Below, piece by piece: positions 30,937 through 39,180 of a stretch of DNA of 62,440 bases. Within the stretch, counting starts at the first letter, position 1. Each line of letters opens with the position of its first letter. The notes beneath the pieces are model-generated. The model made no database searches. It was not told the origin of the DNA and saw only the letters and a program-made list of their open reading frames with translations. The stretch is from Burkholderiales bacterium. GTDB taxonomy: Bacteria > Pseudomonadota > Gammaproteobacteria > Burkholderiales > Burkholderiaceae_C. The stretch spans positions 1 through 62,440 of the forward strand of contig JBBQZM010000001.1 of assembly GCA_038207685.1 (NCBI GenBank). The letters are read 5' to 3'. The position numbers were made by a program, and so were the translations under genes.

Positions 30937-31389
30937 TCAACTGCCGGCGCGGCGCTTGAGCCAGCGCATTAGCGCGCCCAGCAGCGGCAGCTTCTCGTAC
31001 AACTCCTCGGCGGCGTCCCAGTAGTCGCGGTGCATGGCGACCTGGCCGGCGGCATCGAAGCGCAGGTGGCTGGCGCCGTGGATGCACATTGCCGCCGCGC
31101 CCGCGCCGCCGGTACGGAAGCGGAAGTCCCAGCTCAGAAAGACCTCGTCGCCGCTGGCCAGGATCGTCAGCACCTGGAAGCGCGGGTCGTCCAGGCGCTT
31201 GAACATGTGGCCGAAGATGGCCGCAATCGCCGCCCGGCCGTCGACCTGGTTGAACGGGTCCTTGAACCAGGCGTTCTCGGCATAGACGCCGCGCAGCGCC
31301 GGCAGGTCAGCCGGCGCCAGCGTCTCGTACAGCATTACCAGCCGCTGCACACGGGCGTCGGCATGGCGCGGCGCAACGGGTTCAGACAC
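30937..31389 (-). CDS. SnoaL/NTF2-like protein
   Basis: Y..NA.FKDPFN...G, F.HMF, G.SHL, HRDYWD. Confidence 0.88.
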   Translation of the reverse strand: MSEPVAPRHADARVQRLVMLYETLAPADLPALRGVYAENAWFKDPFNQVDGRAAIAAIFGHMFKRLDDPRFQVLTILASGDEVFLSWDFRFRTGGAGAAAMCIHGASHLRFDAAGQVAMHRDYWDAAEELYEKLPLLGALMRWLKRRAGS

Positions 31390-32167
31390 TGACTGCACGG
31401 CGCACTGCGCTGAAGTACAGCCTGTCGGGCAGCGGCCGCATCAGCTTGAGCATGCGGGTGAAGCGCTTGGGGAAGTGGATCTCGAACTCCCCCTTGCGCC
31501 AGCCTTCGACGATGGCCAGCGCCGCGTCCTCCGGGCTCATCAGCGCCGGCATGTGGAAGCTGTTCTGCGCCGTCAGCGGCGTCTCGACAAAGCCCGGGTT
31601 GATCAGGGAGACGCCGATGCCGGCGGCATGCAGGTCGAGGTAAAGCACCTCGGCCAGGTTGATCAGCGCTGCCTTGGTGGGCCCGTAGGCAAGTGCATTG
31701 GGCAGGCCGCGGTAGCCGGCAACGCTGGCCACCAGCCCCAGGTGCGCTGGCCGGCCGGCCGCTGCCTGCTTTTGCAGCACGGGCAGCACCGCGTCCAGCA
31801 GGTTCAGCGCGCCGACGTAGTTGACTTGCTGATGGCGCAGCGCATCGGCCAGATCAAAACTCGTGGCCTGCATCGCACGGTAGTAGCCGGCGCAGTACAG
31901 CACCAGGTCAATGCGGTCGTGCTGGGTCACCAGTGCCTGCGCGGCGTTGCGCAGGGCGTCGGCGTCGGTGGCGTCCAGCGCCAGCGCCTGCGCGCCGTCA
32001 TGCTGATCCACAAAAGACTGCAGCGTGTCGGCGTTGCGCGCCGACACCGTGACCTGTGCGCCCAGGCTGTGCAGCAACGCAGCGGTGGCGCGACCGATGC
32101 CGGTGGACGCACCCACCAGCCAGACATGCTGGCCGTGCCAGTCGGTGATGCGGGGATTCAAGGCCAT
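31382..32167 (-). CDS. Short-chain dehydrogenase/reductase
   Basis: GASTGIG, S-V-AG, YGPTK (YxxxK), PGFV.TPLT. Confidence 0.93.
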   Translation of the reverse strand: MALNPRITDWHGQHVWLVGASTGIGRATAALLHSLGAQVTVSARNADTLQSFVDQHDGAQALALDATDADALRNAAQALVTQHDRIDLVLYCAGYYRAMQATSFDLADALRHQQVNYVGALNLLDAVLPVLQKQAAAGRPAHLGLVASVAGYRGLPNALAYGPTKAALINLAEVLYLDLHAAGIGVSLINPGFVETPLTAQNSFHMPALMSPEDAALAIVEGWRKGEFEIHFPKRFTRMLKLMRPLPDRLYFSAVRRAVSV

Positions 32168-32195
32168 GAGGCGCTTTCCAATTGTTTTTTGCAGC

Positions 32196-32756
32196 TCAGT
32201 CGGGCAGGCGCTGGAATGACAGCAGCACCTCGCCGAGCCGGATGCCAAACTTGCTCATCACCGCGCGGTTGAGCATCACCTGGTCGTCCATCAGGAACAT
32301 CCAGTCGTCGAACTGCACTTCCCAGGTGCGGCCGTCCACCGGAAGCAGCAAGGTGTAGCGCCAGTTCAGCGCATTGCCGGTGGCCTGGCCCACGGCCTCG
32401 CCCAGCACGTCGGCGGCGCGGCCGATGTAGCGGCCATCGGCGCCGCGCTGCAGCGTCCAGATGCGTTGCTCCTTGCGGCCGTCGGCGTAGGTGAACTGCT
32501 CGTCCAGCGTGCCGGTGTCGCCAACCCAGCTGCCAGTCATCTGCACCGTGAAGCGCTGCAACACCTTGCCGCCGCGGTCGGTGACGATGCCGTGGGCGAC
32601 CAGGCGGCCATTGAAGTACTGCTTCAGGTCGAGCGTCGGCGTCTGGCCGGCGTAGTCGGCCGGCACCGGGCTGGCGCAGCCCACCAGGGCCAGGGGGATG
32701 AGGCCGGCCAGGCTCAGGGCGGCCAGCAGGCGGCGGAAGCGGGAGAAGCGTGTCAT
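32196..32756 (-). CDS. DUF3833-family lipoprotein
   Basis: Lipobox LVGC; YFNG...A.G, LDE.F.Y.DG...R.W, FDDWM, N.A...KFG. Confidence 0.85.
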   Translation of the reverse strand: MTRFSRFRRLLAALSLAGLIPLALVGCASPVPADYAGQTPTLDLKQYFNGRLVAHGIVTDRGGKVLQRFTVQMTGSWVGDTGTLDEQFTYADGRKEQRIWTLQRGADGRYIGRAADVLGEAVGQATGNALNWRYTLLLPVDGRTWEVQFDDWMFLMDDQVMLNRAVMSKFGIRLGEVLLSFQRLPD

Positions 32757-34060
32757 GCGGGTTCCAGGTGATGTCGGTGTTGCCACAACAGTGCGGCGGC
32801 GGCGGCTTTCAGCAAACAAGGCAGGGCCGCGTAGACGATGGACAGCGCTTGCAGCGCCTGGCCATCCTGCGTGCCCGGCGCATAGCCCAGGGCGGCCAGC
32901 GCCGGCAAGGCCAGCCCGGCGGCCAGCGCCAGGTTGAGCTTGTTGGCGCAGGTCCACCAGCCGAAGTAATGGCCTTCATGGCGCAGCGCATGGCCGGCGC
33001 GCTGGATCAGCCCGGTGAGCAGCGCGCTGGGAATCGCCAGGTCGGCGCCCAGCGCCAGCCCCGAGGCGACGCAGATCAGCAGGAAGGCCGGGCCGTCGCC
33101 GCTGCCCAGCCGTGCCGCCCAGACAAAGGCCGTGATCGCCAGACCCATGCCGACCAGCCAGCAGCGCACCAAACCCCAGCGCGCCACGGCGCGCACCCAC
33201 AGCGGCATCGACAGCGCGGCAGCCGCGAAGTAGCTGCCCAGCAGCAAAGGCTCCCAGGCGGGCATCTGCAAGCGGTCGCGGATAAAGAAGATCACCAGCG
33301 TGGCGGGCACGGCACTGGCCACGCCGTTGAGCACAAACACCGCCATCAGCCGGCGGAAGGCGGCTGACCGCCAGGGCAGCGCCCAGTCGAGCGGGGCGGC
33401 GTCGGCCGCTTCGGTGTGCAGCAGACGCGGCGGTGCCTGGCGGAACGGCGCGCCGCTCAAGGCCCACAGGCCCAGCGCCAGGCCAACGATGCAGGTGGCC
33501 ACCATTGCTGGCAGGCCAGCCAACGCCGGCAGCACGCTGGCGGTCAGCACACCGGCCAGCGCCATGCCCTCGCGCCAGCCCGCCACCCGCGCCTGCAGCG
33601 ACGCGCTACCGCCCAGCCGCGCGCCCCAGGCCTGGTGCAGCACGCCCAGCGCGCTGTAGCCCAGGCTGGTGATCACCAGCGCCACGGCGCACCAGACCAG
33701 CAGCGCCGACGGTGTATTGACCGTTGGAAAGAACAGCGCGGCAAAACCGATCGCCATCACCAGGGCGGCCACTGCGGCGGCCGCCAGCACTTGGCCGCGC
33801 GGCCGCGCTAGCCCGCGATCGACCACCCGGCCCAGCCAGGGGTCGATCACCGCATCAAAGGCGCGTGCACCCAGCAACACGCCGCCCAGGCTGGCCAGTG
33901 GCGCACCCAACTCGGCGGCATAGTGGGCCGGCAGCAATACATACAGCGGCAGCGCGGCAAAGGCCAGCGGCGCGCCCAGCGCGCCATACCGCAGCCCCGC
34001 CAGCGGGCCCAGCGTGATGCCGCCGGCCGCAGCCGGTGACGCCAGCGATGCGCTGCTCAT
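32753..34060 (-). CDS. MFS (GPH/MFS_2-like) transporter
   Basis: About 12 hydrophobic segments; R..DA..DP..G, GAD...P, YFG.W....K. Confidence 0.85.
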   Translation of the reverse strand: MSSASLASPAAAGGITLGPLAGLRYGALGAPLAFAALPLYVLLPAHYAAELGAPLASLGGVLLGARAFDAVIDPWLGRVVDRGLARPRGQVLAAAAVAALVMAIGFAALFFPTVNTPSALLVWCAVALVITSLGYSALGVLHQAWGARLGGSASLQARVAGWREGMALAGVLTASVLPALAGLPAMVATCIVGLALGLWALSGAPFRQAPPRLLHTEAADAAPLDWALPWRSAAFRRLMAVFVLNGVASAVPATLVIFFIRDRLQMPAWEPLLLGSYFAAAALSMPLWVRAVARWGLVRCWLVGMGLAITAFVWAARLGSGDGPAFLLICVASGLALGADLAIPSALLTGLIQRAGHALRHEGHYFGWWTCANKLNLALAAGLALPALAALGYAPGTQDGQALQALSIVYAALPCLLKAAAAALLWQHRHHLEPA

Positions 34061-34629
34061 GACGCGCCGCCGAGCAGTTGCGCACGCAGTCGCGGTTCAG
34101 AGGTGCGGGGCGACAGCCAGATGCCGAAGAACAAGCGGCCGAAGTCGGCGTCGGCGACTTCGCCGCGCAGACTGCCGTTCAGGTAGAAGCGCACCGGCTG
34201 GCCCGGCCGCTGCACGCCGGTGAGACGGTCGCCGTCGCGCACGTCGGGAAACAGCTGCTTCATCAACTGCAGCCAGCGCGTGGCCTGCGCCTCGCTGACG
34301 CTGCCGATGCGCTGCATCTCCTCGAGCGAGCGGCTGGCGATCTGCTCGCCCACCAGCTCGCGGGCATAGATCAGCTCGAGCGCCAGGGCCTGATCGATGC
34401 CCTCGCCACTGATCGGCGCCGGGCTCCAGAGCCGCGCCTCGTAGACGCGCAGACCGAAGAACCGCAGCGTGCCGGCACCACGCCGGCGCGCGCCAGGCAG
34501 GGCCTGACCCAGCTCAACCGGCGGCTCACCCGAACCGTTGGCCCGTGTCGGCAACATTGCCGCCATGCCGCTGGCCACCAGCGTAGTGGCGACCAGGCGG
34601 TGCAGGCAGCGGCGTCGATCGGGTGTCAT
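34057..34629 (-). CDS. Chalcone-isomerase-like (fatty-acid-binding fold) exported protein
   Basis: G.G.LRFFG..VY.A.L, FPDV..GD.L.G, FF.IWL...TS.P.LR..LLG; Tat-like RR signal. Confidence 0.85.
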   Translation of the reverse strand: MTPDRRRCLHRLVATTLVASGMAAMLPTRANGSGEPPVELGQALPGARRRGAGTLRFFGLRVYEARLWSPAPISGEGIDQALALELIYARELVGEQIASRSLEEMQRIGSVSEAQATRWLQLMKQLFPDVRDGDRLTGVQRPGQPVRFYLNGSLRGEVADADFGRLFFGIWLSPRTSEPRLRAQLLGGAS

Positions 34630-34640
34630 GGCGGGCAGGT

Positions 34641-35879
34641 TCAGGCTGCCGGTCGACGCAGGGTGAACTGCATCACATCGGTCGAGCCAGCGGCGAAAGC
34701 GGCTTCGCAATAGGCCAGGTAGAACTCCCAGGTGCGCATGAAGCGGGTGTCGAAGCCCAGGCCACGCACTTGTGCATCCTGGTGCATGAAGTCCTGGCGC
34801 CAGCGGCGCAGCGTCTCGGCGTAATCCAGGCCGAAGGCCAGCTCACGCTCGACCACCAGGCCAGCCTTGCACGCCTCGGCGCGGAAGGCGCTGGGGCAGG
34901 GCAGCAGGCCGCCGGGGAAGATGTACTGCTGGATGAAATCGGTGCCCGACACATAGCGCTCGAACAGCTCGTCGGCAATGGTGATCGACTGGATGCAAGC
35001 GCGGCCACCGGGCTTGAGCTGGTCGTGCACGGTCTTGAAATACGAAGCCCAGTATTCGCGGCCCACCGCCTCGAACATCTCGATCGAGACCACCGCGTCG
35101 TAGGGGCCGTCGTCGATGTCGCGGTAGTCCTGGAAGCGCAGCGTGGCGCGATCGCTCAGCCCGGCCTTGGCCAGCCGCTGCTGGCCGAAGGCCAATTGCT
35201 CGGCCGACAGCGTGACGCCGGTGACTTGCGCGCCGAACTCAGCGGCTGCGCATTCGGCCAGACCGCCCCAGCCGCAACCGATCTCCAGCACCCGCTCGCC
35301 CGACGCCACCTGGCATTCCAGCAGCGTGCGGCGCAGCTTGGCCTGCTGCGCATCGGCGGTGGTTTGCCGGGTGTCGCCGTTGAACCAGGCACTGGAATAG
35401 GTCATTGTTTCGTCCAGCCACAGCCGGTAGAAGGCGTTGCCCAGGTCGTAGTGCGCGTGGATGTTGCGCTTGCTGCCGGCGCGTGAATTGCGGTTGAACA
35501 GGTGACGACAACGGTGCAGCAGATTGCCCCACCAGGTGCCGTAGACCACGCGGTCCATTGCCTCGCGGTTGGCGATGATCAGTTGCAGCAGGGCGACCAT
35601 GTTGTTGGCCGCCCAGTCGCCGGCGATGAAGCTCTCGGCAAAGCCGATGTCGCCCGAGCGCAGCACCGCGCTGCACAGCTGCCAGTTGTGCAGACGCACC
35701 GCCGCATGCGGCTCGCCAGCGGCGCCGCTGCCGAAGTGGGCCTGGCGGCCATCGGGCAGTTGCACATCGAGCGTGCCCACTTTCAGCTGGCGCAGCATCG
35801 CAAACACGGCGCGTGCGGCGGCGGGTGCCGAGGACGGCAGGGACAAAGTCTTGGCGGCGGTGGTGGAGGCTGAGCGCAT
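34641..35879 (-). CDS. Cyclopropane-fatty-acyl-phospholipid synthase family methyltransferase (UfaM-like)
   Basis: NI.AHYDLGN.FY..WLD..MTYS, LEIGCGWG, SIEMFEAVG, FIQ.YIFPGG, W.FYLAYCE. Confidence 0.93.
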   Translation of the reverse strand: MRSASTTAAKTLSLPSSAPAAARAVFAMLRQLKVGTLDVQLPDGRQAHFGSGAAGEPHAAVRLHNWQLCSAVLRSGDIGFAESFIAGDWAANNMVALLQLIIANREAMDRVVYGTWWGNLLHRCRHLFNRNSRAGSKRNIHAHYDLGNAFYRLWLDETMTYSSAWFNGDTRQTTADAQQAKLRRTLLECQVASGERVLEIGCGWGGLAECAAAEFGAQVTGVTLSAEQLAFGQQRLAKAGLSDRATLRFQDYRDIDDGPYDAVVSIEMFEAVGREYWASYFKTVHDQLKPGGRACIQSITIADELFERYVSGTDFIQQYIFPGGLLPCPSAFRAEACKAGLVVERELAFGLDYAETLRRWRQDFMHQDAQVRGLGFDTRFMRTWEFYLAYCEAAFAAGSTDVMQFTLRRPAA

Positions 35880-35920
35880 CGGGTGGGGGTGGCCGAGGCC
35901 GGTTGAACGGATGGCGGGTA

Positions 35921-36706
35921 TCAAGAGGCGCCGACGGTCGGCGTGACCGACGGACCCTTGCCGAAGAAGGGCACACGCTTGAGCAGCAGACGCAGCGCCT
36001 GCCAGTGGATGCGGGCGATCACGCCCAGCGTGAGCAGCGGCATGCGCCGTAAAGCCTGGCGCAGCCGGGCGGCGGACAGCGGCGCCAAGTCGCCGCTGAC
36101 GCTGGTCAGCAGCACTGGGCCCTCGGCATCGTCGTGTTCGATGCGGGCGATGCAGCGGCCGGCGCCGCTGTCATCGGCCGCACTGACAGTACGCATGAAG
36201 CGGAAGCGGTAGCCGCCCTCGATCTGACAAAACGGCGAGACGTGGAATTGCTTGACGGCCCGCAGTTCCTGGCCATAAGCCAGCTGCGGGCCGGCCAGCA
36301 AGTAGCAGTGGCGGCCGCCGAAGGTGTTGTTGACCTCGGCGACGATGGCCGCCAGGCTGTCGTCGCTGCGGTGGCAGTACCAGAAGCTCACCGGCTTGAA
36401 GGCATAACCGAAGATACGCGGATAGGCGTGCAGCCAGACTTCGCCCTGGGCGTCGTTGATGCCCTCGGCGCGCAGCAGTTCATCGATCCAGTCCAGGCAG
36501 TCGGCGCGGCCGTCACCATGGTCGGCATCGTGGAAGCTGACCCAGCCGCCGCGGTTGCGGCGCAGGCTGGGCTCGGCCTGCGCCCGCAGGCTGCGCAGTG
36601 GCAGCAGCAGGAACCAGGTCGGGTAGTCGAAGCCATGCCGCCGCGGCCGCAAGCGCAGGTGGCGTACCCGGCCGATGCCGAGCTGGGCGCGGGCGCGTTC
36701 GGTCAT
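35921..36706 (-). CDS. DUF1365 protein (UfaO-like)
   Basis: H.R..P..H.F.Y, PR..GY.F.PVSFW, EVNNTFG.RH.Y, K.FHVSPF, IHWQA..L. Confidence 0.9.
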   Translation of the reverse strand: MTERARAQLGIGRVRHLRLRPRRHGFDYPTWFLLLPLRSLRAQAEPSLRRNRGGWVSFHDADHGDGRADCLDWIDELLRAEGINDAQGEVWLHAYPRIFGYAFKPVSFWYCHRSDDSLAAIVAEVNNTFGGRHCYLLAGPQLAYGQELRAVKQFHVSPFCQIEGGYRFRFMRTVSAADDSGAGRCIARIEHDDAEGPVLLTSVSGDLAPLSAARLRQALRRMPLLTLGVIARIHWQALRLLLKRVPFFGKGPSVTPTVGAS

Positions 36707-38043
36707 CAGGCGGCGGCGCGGGCGGGTGCCCGCTGCGATTCGGCGGCCCAGTGCGCGCGCAGCGCCTCGGCGGCTTCCAGCCCCGAGCGCAGGCCGTCTT
36801 CATGGAAGCCGTAGCGGGTCCAGGCACCGGCGAACCAGACGCCGGCCTGGCCCTGAATCTCGTGCACACGCTGCTGCGCGGCGATGGCGGCGGCGTCGAA
36901 CACCGGATGCGCGTAGTCGAATTCGTCCAGCACCTGACCCGCCGCCGGCTCGCGTGTCGGGTTGAGCGACACCAGCACTGGCGTCTGCCAGGGCAGCGGC
37001 TGCAGGCGGTTGATCCAGTAGTGCAGGCAGACTGCCGATTGCTCTTGCGCCAGTGCCGGTGAGCGCTCGTAGTTCCAGGCCGCCCAGGCCTTGCGCCGGC
37101 GCGGCATCAGGGCGGCGTCGGTGTGCAAGACCGCGCGGTTGCGCTGGTAACCGATGGCGCCCAGCACCGCACGCTCGTCAGCGCTGGCGTGTTCGCCCAG
37201 CAGTGCCAGGCTTTGATCGCTATGGCCGGCCAGCACCACGGCGTCGAAGTGTTCGCTGCCGGCGGCGGTGTCGAGCCAGACGCCGGCCGAGGCCGTGTCG
37301 GGCGGTAGCCGGCGCAGTGCCAGCACCGGCGTGTTCAGCCGCGCATCGGCGAGGCCGGCGACCAAGCGCTTGACATACTCGCGCGAGCCGCCACGCACCG
37401 TAAACCACTGCGGCCGGTTGCTGACGCGGATCAGGCCGTGGTTGTGGCAGAAACGGATCATCGTCGCCACCGGGAACTGCAGCATCTGGTCGGTCGGGCA
37501 GCTCCAGATGCAGCCCAGCATCGGCAGCAGGTACCAGTCGCGGAAGGCGACGGAGAATCGGTGTTCACGCAGGAACTCGCCGATCGGCTGCTGCTGCGCG
37601 GCCTCTTCGCCGCACTCAGCGATCGCTGTGGTCAGGCGGTTGAAGCGCATCAGATCGCGCAGCATGCCCAGAAAGCGCGGGCTGATCAGGTTGCTGCGCT
37701 GGGCAAACACGGTGTCGAGGTTGCAGCCGCTCCATTCCAGGCCGATCTGGGGCACTTGCACCGAAAACGACATCTCGGAGGCCGCGGTGGGCACCTGCAG
37801 GTCGGCAAACAGCCGCACCAGCTTGGGGTAGGTGGCATGGTTGAAGACCAGAAAGCCGGTGTCCACCCCATGGCTGATGCCATCCAGCGTGACGTCCACC
37901 GTGTGGGCATGGCCGCCGAAGTGGCCATCGGCCTCAAACAGCGTGACCTGCGCTGCGTCTGTGCCCTGGGACAACTGCCAAGCCGTGGCCAGACCCGAGA
38001 TGCCCGAGCCGACGACGGCGACACGGCGACCGGCGCGGCTCAT
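36706..38043 (-). CDS. FAD-dependent oxidoreductase, amine-oxidase-like (UfaD-like)
   Basis: VVGSGISGL, GGHAHT, VDTGF.VFN..TYP, WAAWNY, Y.HP, GAW..YGFHEDG. Confidence 0.92.
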   Translation of the reverse strand: MSRAGRRVAVVGSGISGLATAWQLSQGTDAAQVTLFEADGHFGGHAHTVDVTLDGISHGVDTGFLVFNHATYPKLVRLFADLQVPTAASEMSFSVQVPQIGLEWSGCNLDTVFAQRSNLISPRFLGMLRDLMRFNRLTTAIAECGEEAAQQQPIGEFLREHRFSVAFRDWYLLPMLGCIWSCPTDQMLQFPVATMIRFCHNHGLIRVSNRPQWFTVRGGSREYVKRLVAGLADARLNTPVLALRRLPPDTASAGVWLDTAAGSEHFDAVVLAGHSDQSLALLGEHASADERAVLGAIGYQRNRAVLHTDAALMPRRRKAWAAWNYERSPALAQEQSAVCLHYWINRLQPLPWQTPVLVSLNPTREPAAGQVLDEFDYAHPVFDAAAIAAQQRVHEIQGQAGVWFAGAWTRYGFHEDGLRSGLEAAEALRAHWAAESQRAPARAAA

Positions 38044-38336
38044 ACCGTGCCCCCGATGCGCCGGGGGTGGAAGGAAGGGGCCGTGCAGCGCCCAGAAGCC
38101 AACGAGGGAGGGAGGGAGGAGGAGGAGATGGGCTTCAGGATTGCGCTTCGGCGAACCGAAGGGCTGCACGGCACAAAAACGCGAGGGGTCGGCACCCGCG
38201 CTGCGTCAAGATCCTCGGCTTGTCGCGGCGCTGAAGTTCGGTGGTCCACCCCGTCCCTGCTATGGAGCGCACGGACACCAAAAGGTTCCGTGGTCGGACG
38301 TGGCGGCTGGGGCATGGAGTGGGGGCGAATTGGCAT
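38040..38336 (-). CDS. Putative small Pro/Ser/Arg-rich leader protein of the lipid-modification operon
   Basis: 98-codon ORF whose TGA overlaps the next ATG (GTATGA); no recognised motif. Confidence 0.4.
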   Translation of the reverse strand: MPIRPHSMPQPPRPTTEPFGVRALHSRDGVDHRTSAPRQAEDLDAARVPTPRVFVPCSPSVRRSAILKPISSSSLPPSLASGRCTAPSFHPRRIGGTV

Positions 38337-38354
38337 GGTCGTTTAGGTCTTATG

Positions 38355-38372
38355 TTGAACCATCAAGTTCAA
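38355..38372. promoter_or_regulatory. Palindromic candidate operator TTGAAC-N6-GTTCAA
   Basis: Perfect 6-bp inverted repeat in the AT-rich gap between gpx and the leader ORF. Confidence 0.5.
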
Positions 38373-38388
38373 GTGTGACTGAACGGTA

Positions 38389-38961
38389 TCACTTTGCACC
38401 CAGAAGTTTTTCTAAATCCCTGATGAAACGAGGGTCTTCCGGGTCCATGGCTGAGGCGTGGCTGATCACTTGATCGCCCTGGCGGCTGATCAAATACTTG
38501 TGGAAGTTCCAGCGCGGCGCTTGGCCTGTGCGCTGGGCCAGGCCGGCAAACAGCGGGTTGACCTGGCGGCCGGCGGCCGGCGTCACATGCGATTTGGCGA
38601 ACATCGGGAACTTGACGCCGAAGGTGTTTTCGCAAAACTCGGCGATCTGGGCGCTGCTGCCGGGCTCTTGCTGGCCGAAGTCGTTGCTGGGGAAGCCCAG
38701 CACCACCAGGCCGCGGCCGCGGTAGCGGGCGTTCAAGGCTTCGAGCGATTTGTACTGGGAGGTGTAGCCACAGAAGCTGGCGGTATTGACGACCAGCAGC
38801 ACCTTGCCGGCGTAACCGCACAGGTCGATCGGCTTCTCATCCTGCAGTCGAGCCTGGGAGAACTGGATCACAGACGGGCAGGTCGGCGCGGCCTGGGCGG
38901 CGCTGGGCAGTGGCAGCAGCAGGGCGGCCAGCAGGCCGAGCAGGACAGACGGGTTGTGCAT
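38389..38961 (-). CDS. Glutathione peroxidase family protein (Cys-type) with signal peptide
   Basis: VVNTAS.CG.T.QY, GFPSNDFG.QEPG, P.WNFHKYL; hydrophobic N-terminus. Confidence 0.94.
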   Translation of the reverse strand: MHNPSVLLGLLAALLLPLPSAAQAAPTCPSVIQFSQARLQDEKPIDLCGYAGKVLLVVNTASFCGYTSQYKSLEALNARYRGRGLVVLGFPSNDFGQQEPGSSAQIAEFCENTFGVKFPMFAKSHVTPAAGRQVNPLFAGLAQRTGQAPRWNFHKYLISRQGDQVISHASAMDPEDPRFIRDLEKLLGAK

Positions 38962-38971
38962 GGCTTCTCTC

Positions 38972-38998
38972 TACGCATGAATGGCCCGACAGGATGCA
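38972..38998 (-). promoter_or_regulatory. Candidate ECF (RpoE/ChrR-type) promoter TGCATCC-N16-CGTA
   Basis: Minus strand TGCATCC tgtcgggccattcatg CGTA ending 10 nt before the gpx ATG; resembles TGATCC..CGTA. Confidence 0.5.
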
Positions 38999-39180
38999 TC
39001 GCCTTGGCCGTCCCCCGTGGCCTTGGGGTTGCTGGGCGGTGTGGGTCGGTGAAATGGATGTGTCACCCTAGAATCAGTTTGTGCACCCGGGATAGCCCTC
39101 AGTCGCCGAGCCGGTGACGGGATTTCCGGGCGGGTCAAGGACCTCAGGCGCCAAACGGCGTCGCCCAGAGAAGGATCAAC

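Noticed and set aside
38389-38961. Selenocysteine in the glutathione peroxidase
   Set aside because: The active-site codon is TGT (Cys), not TGA
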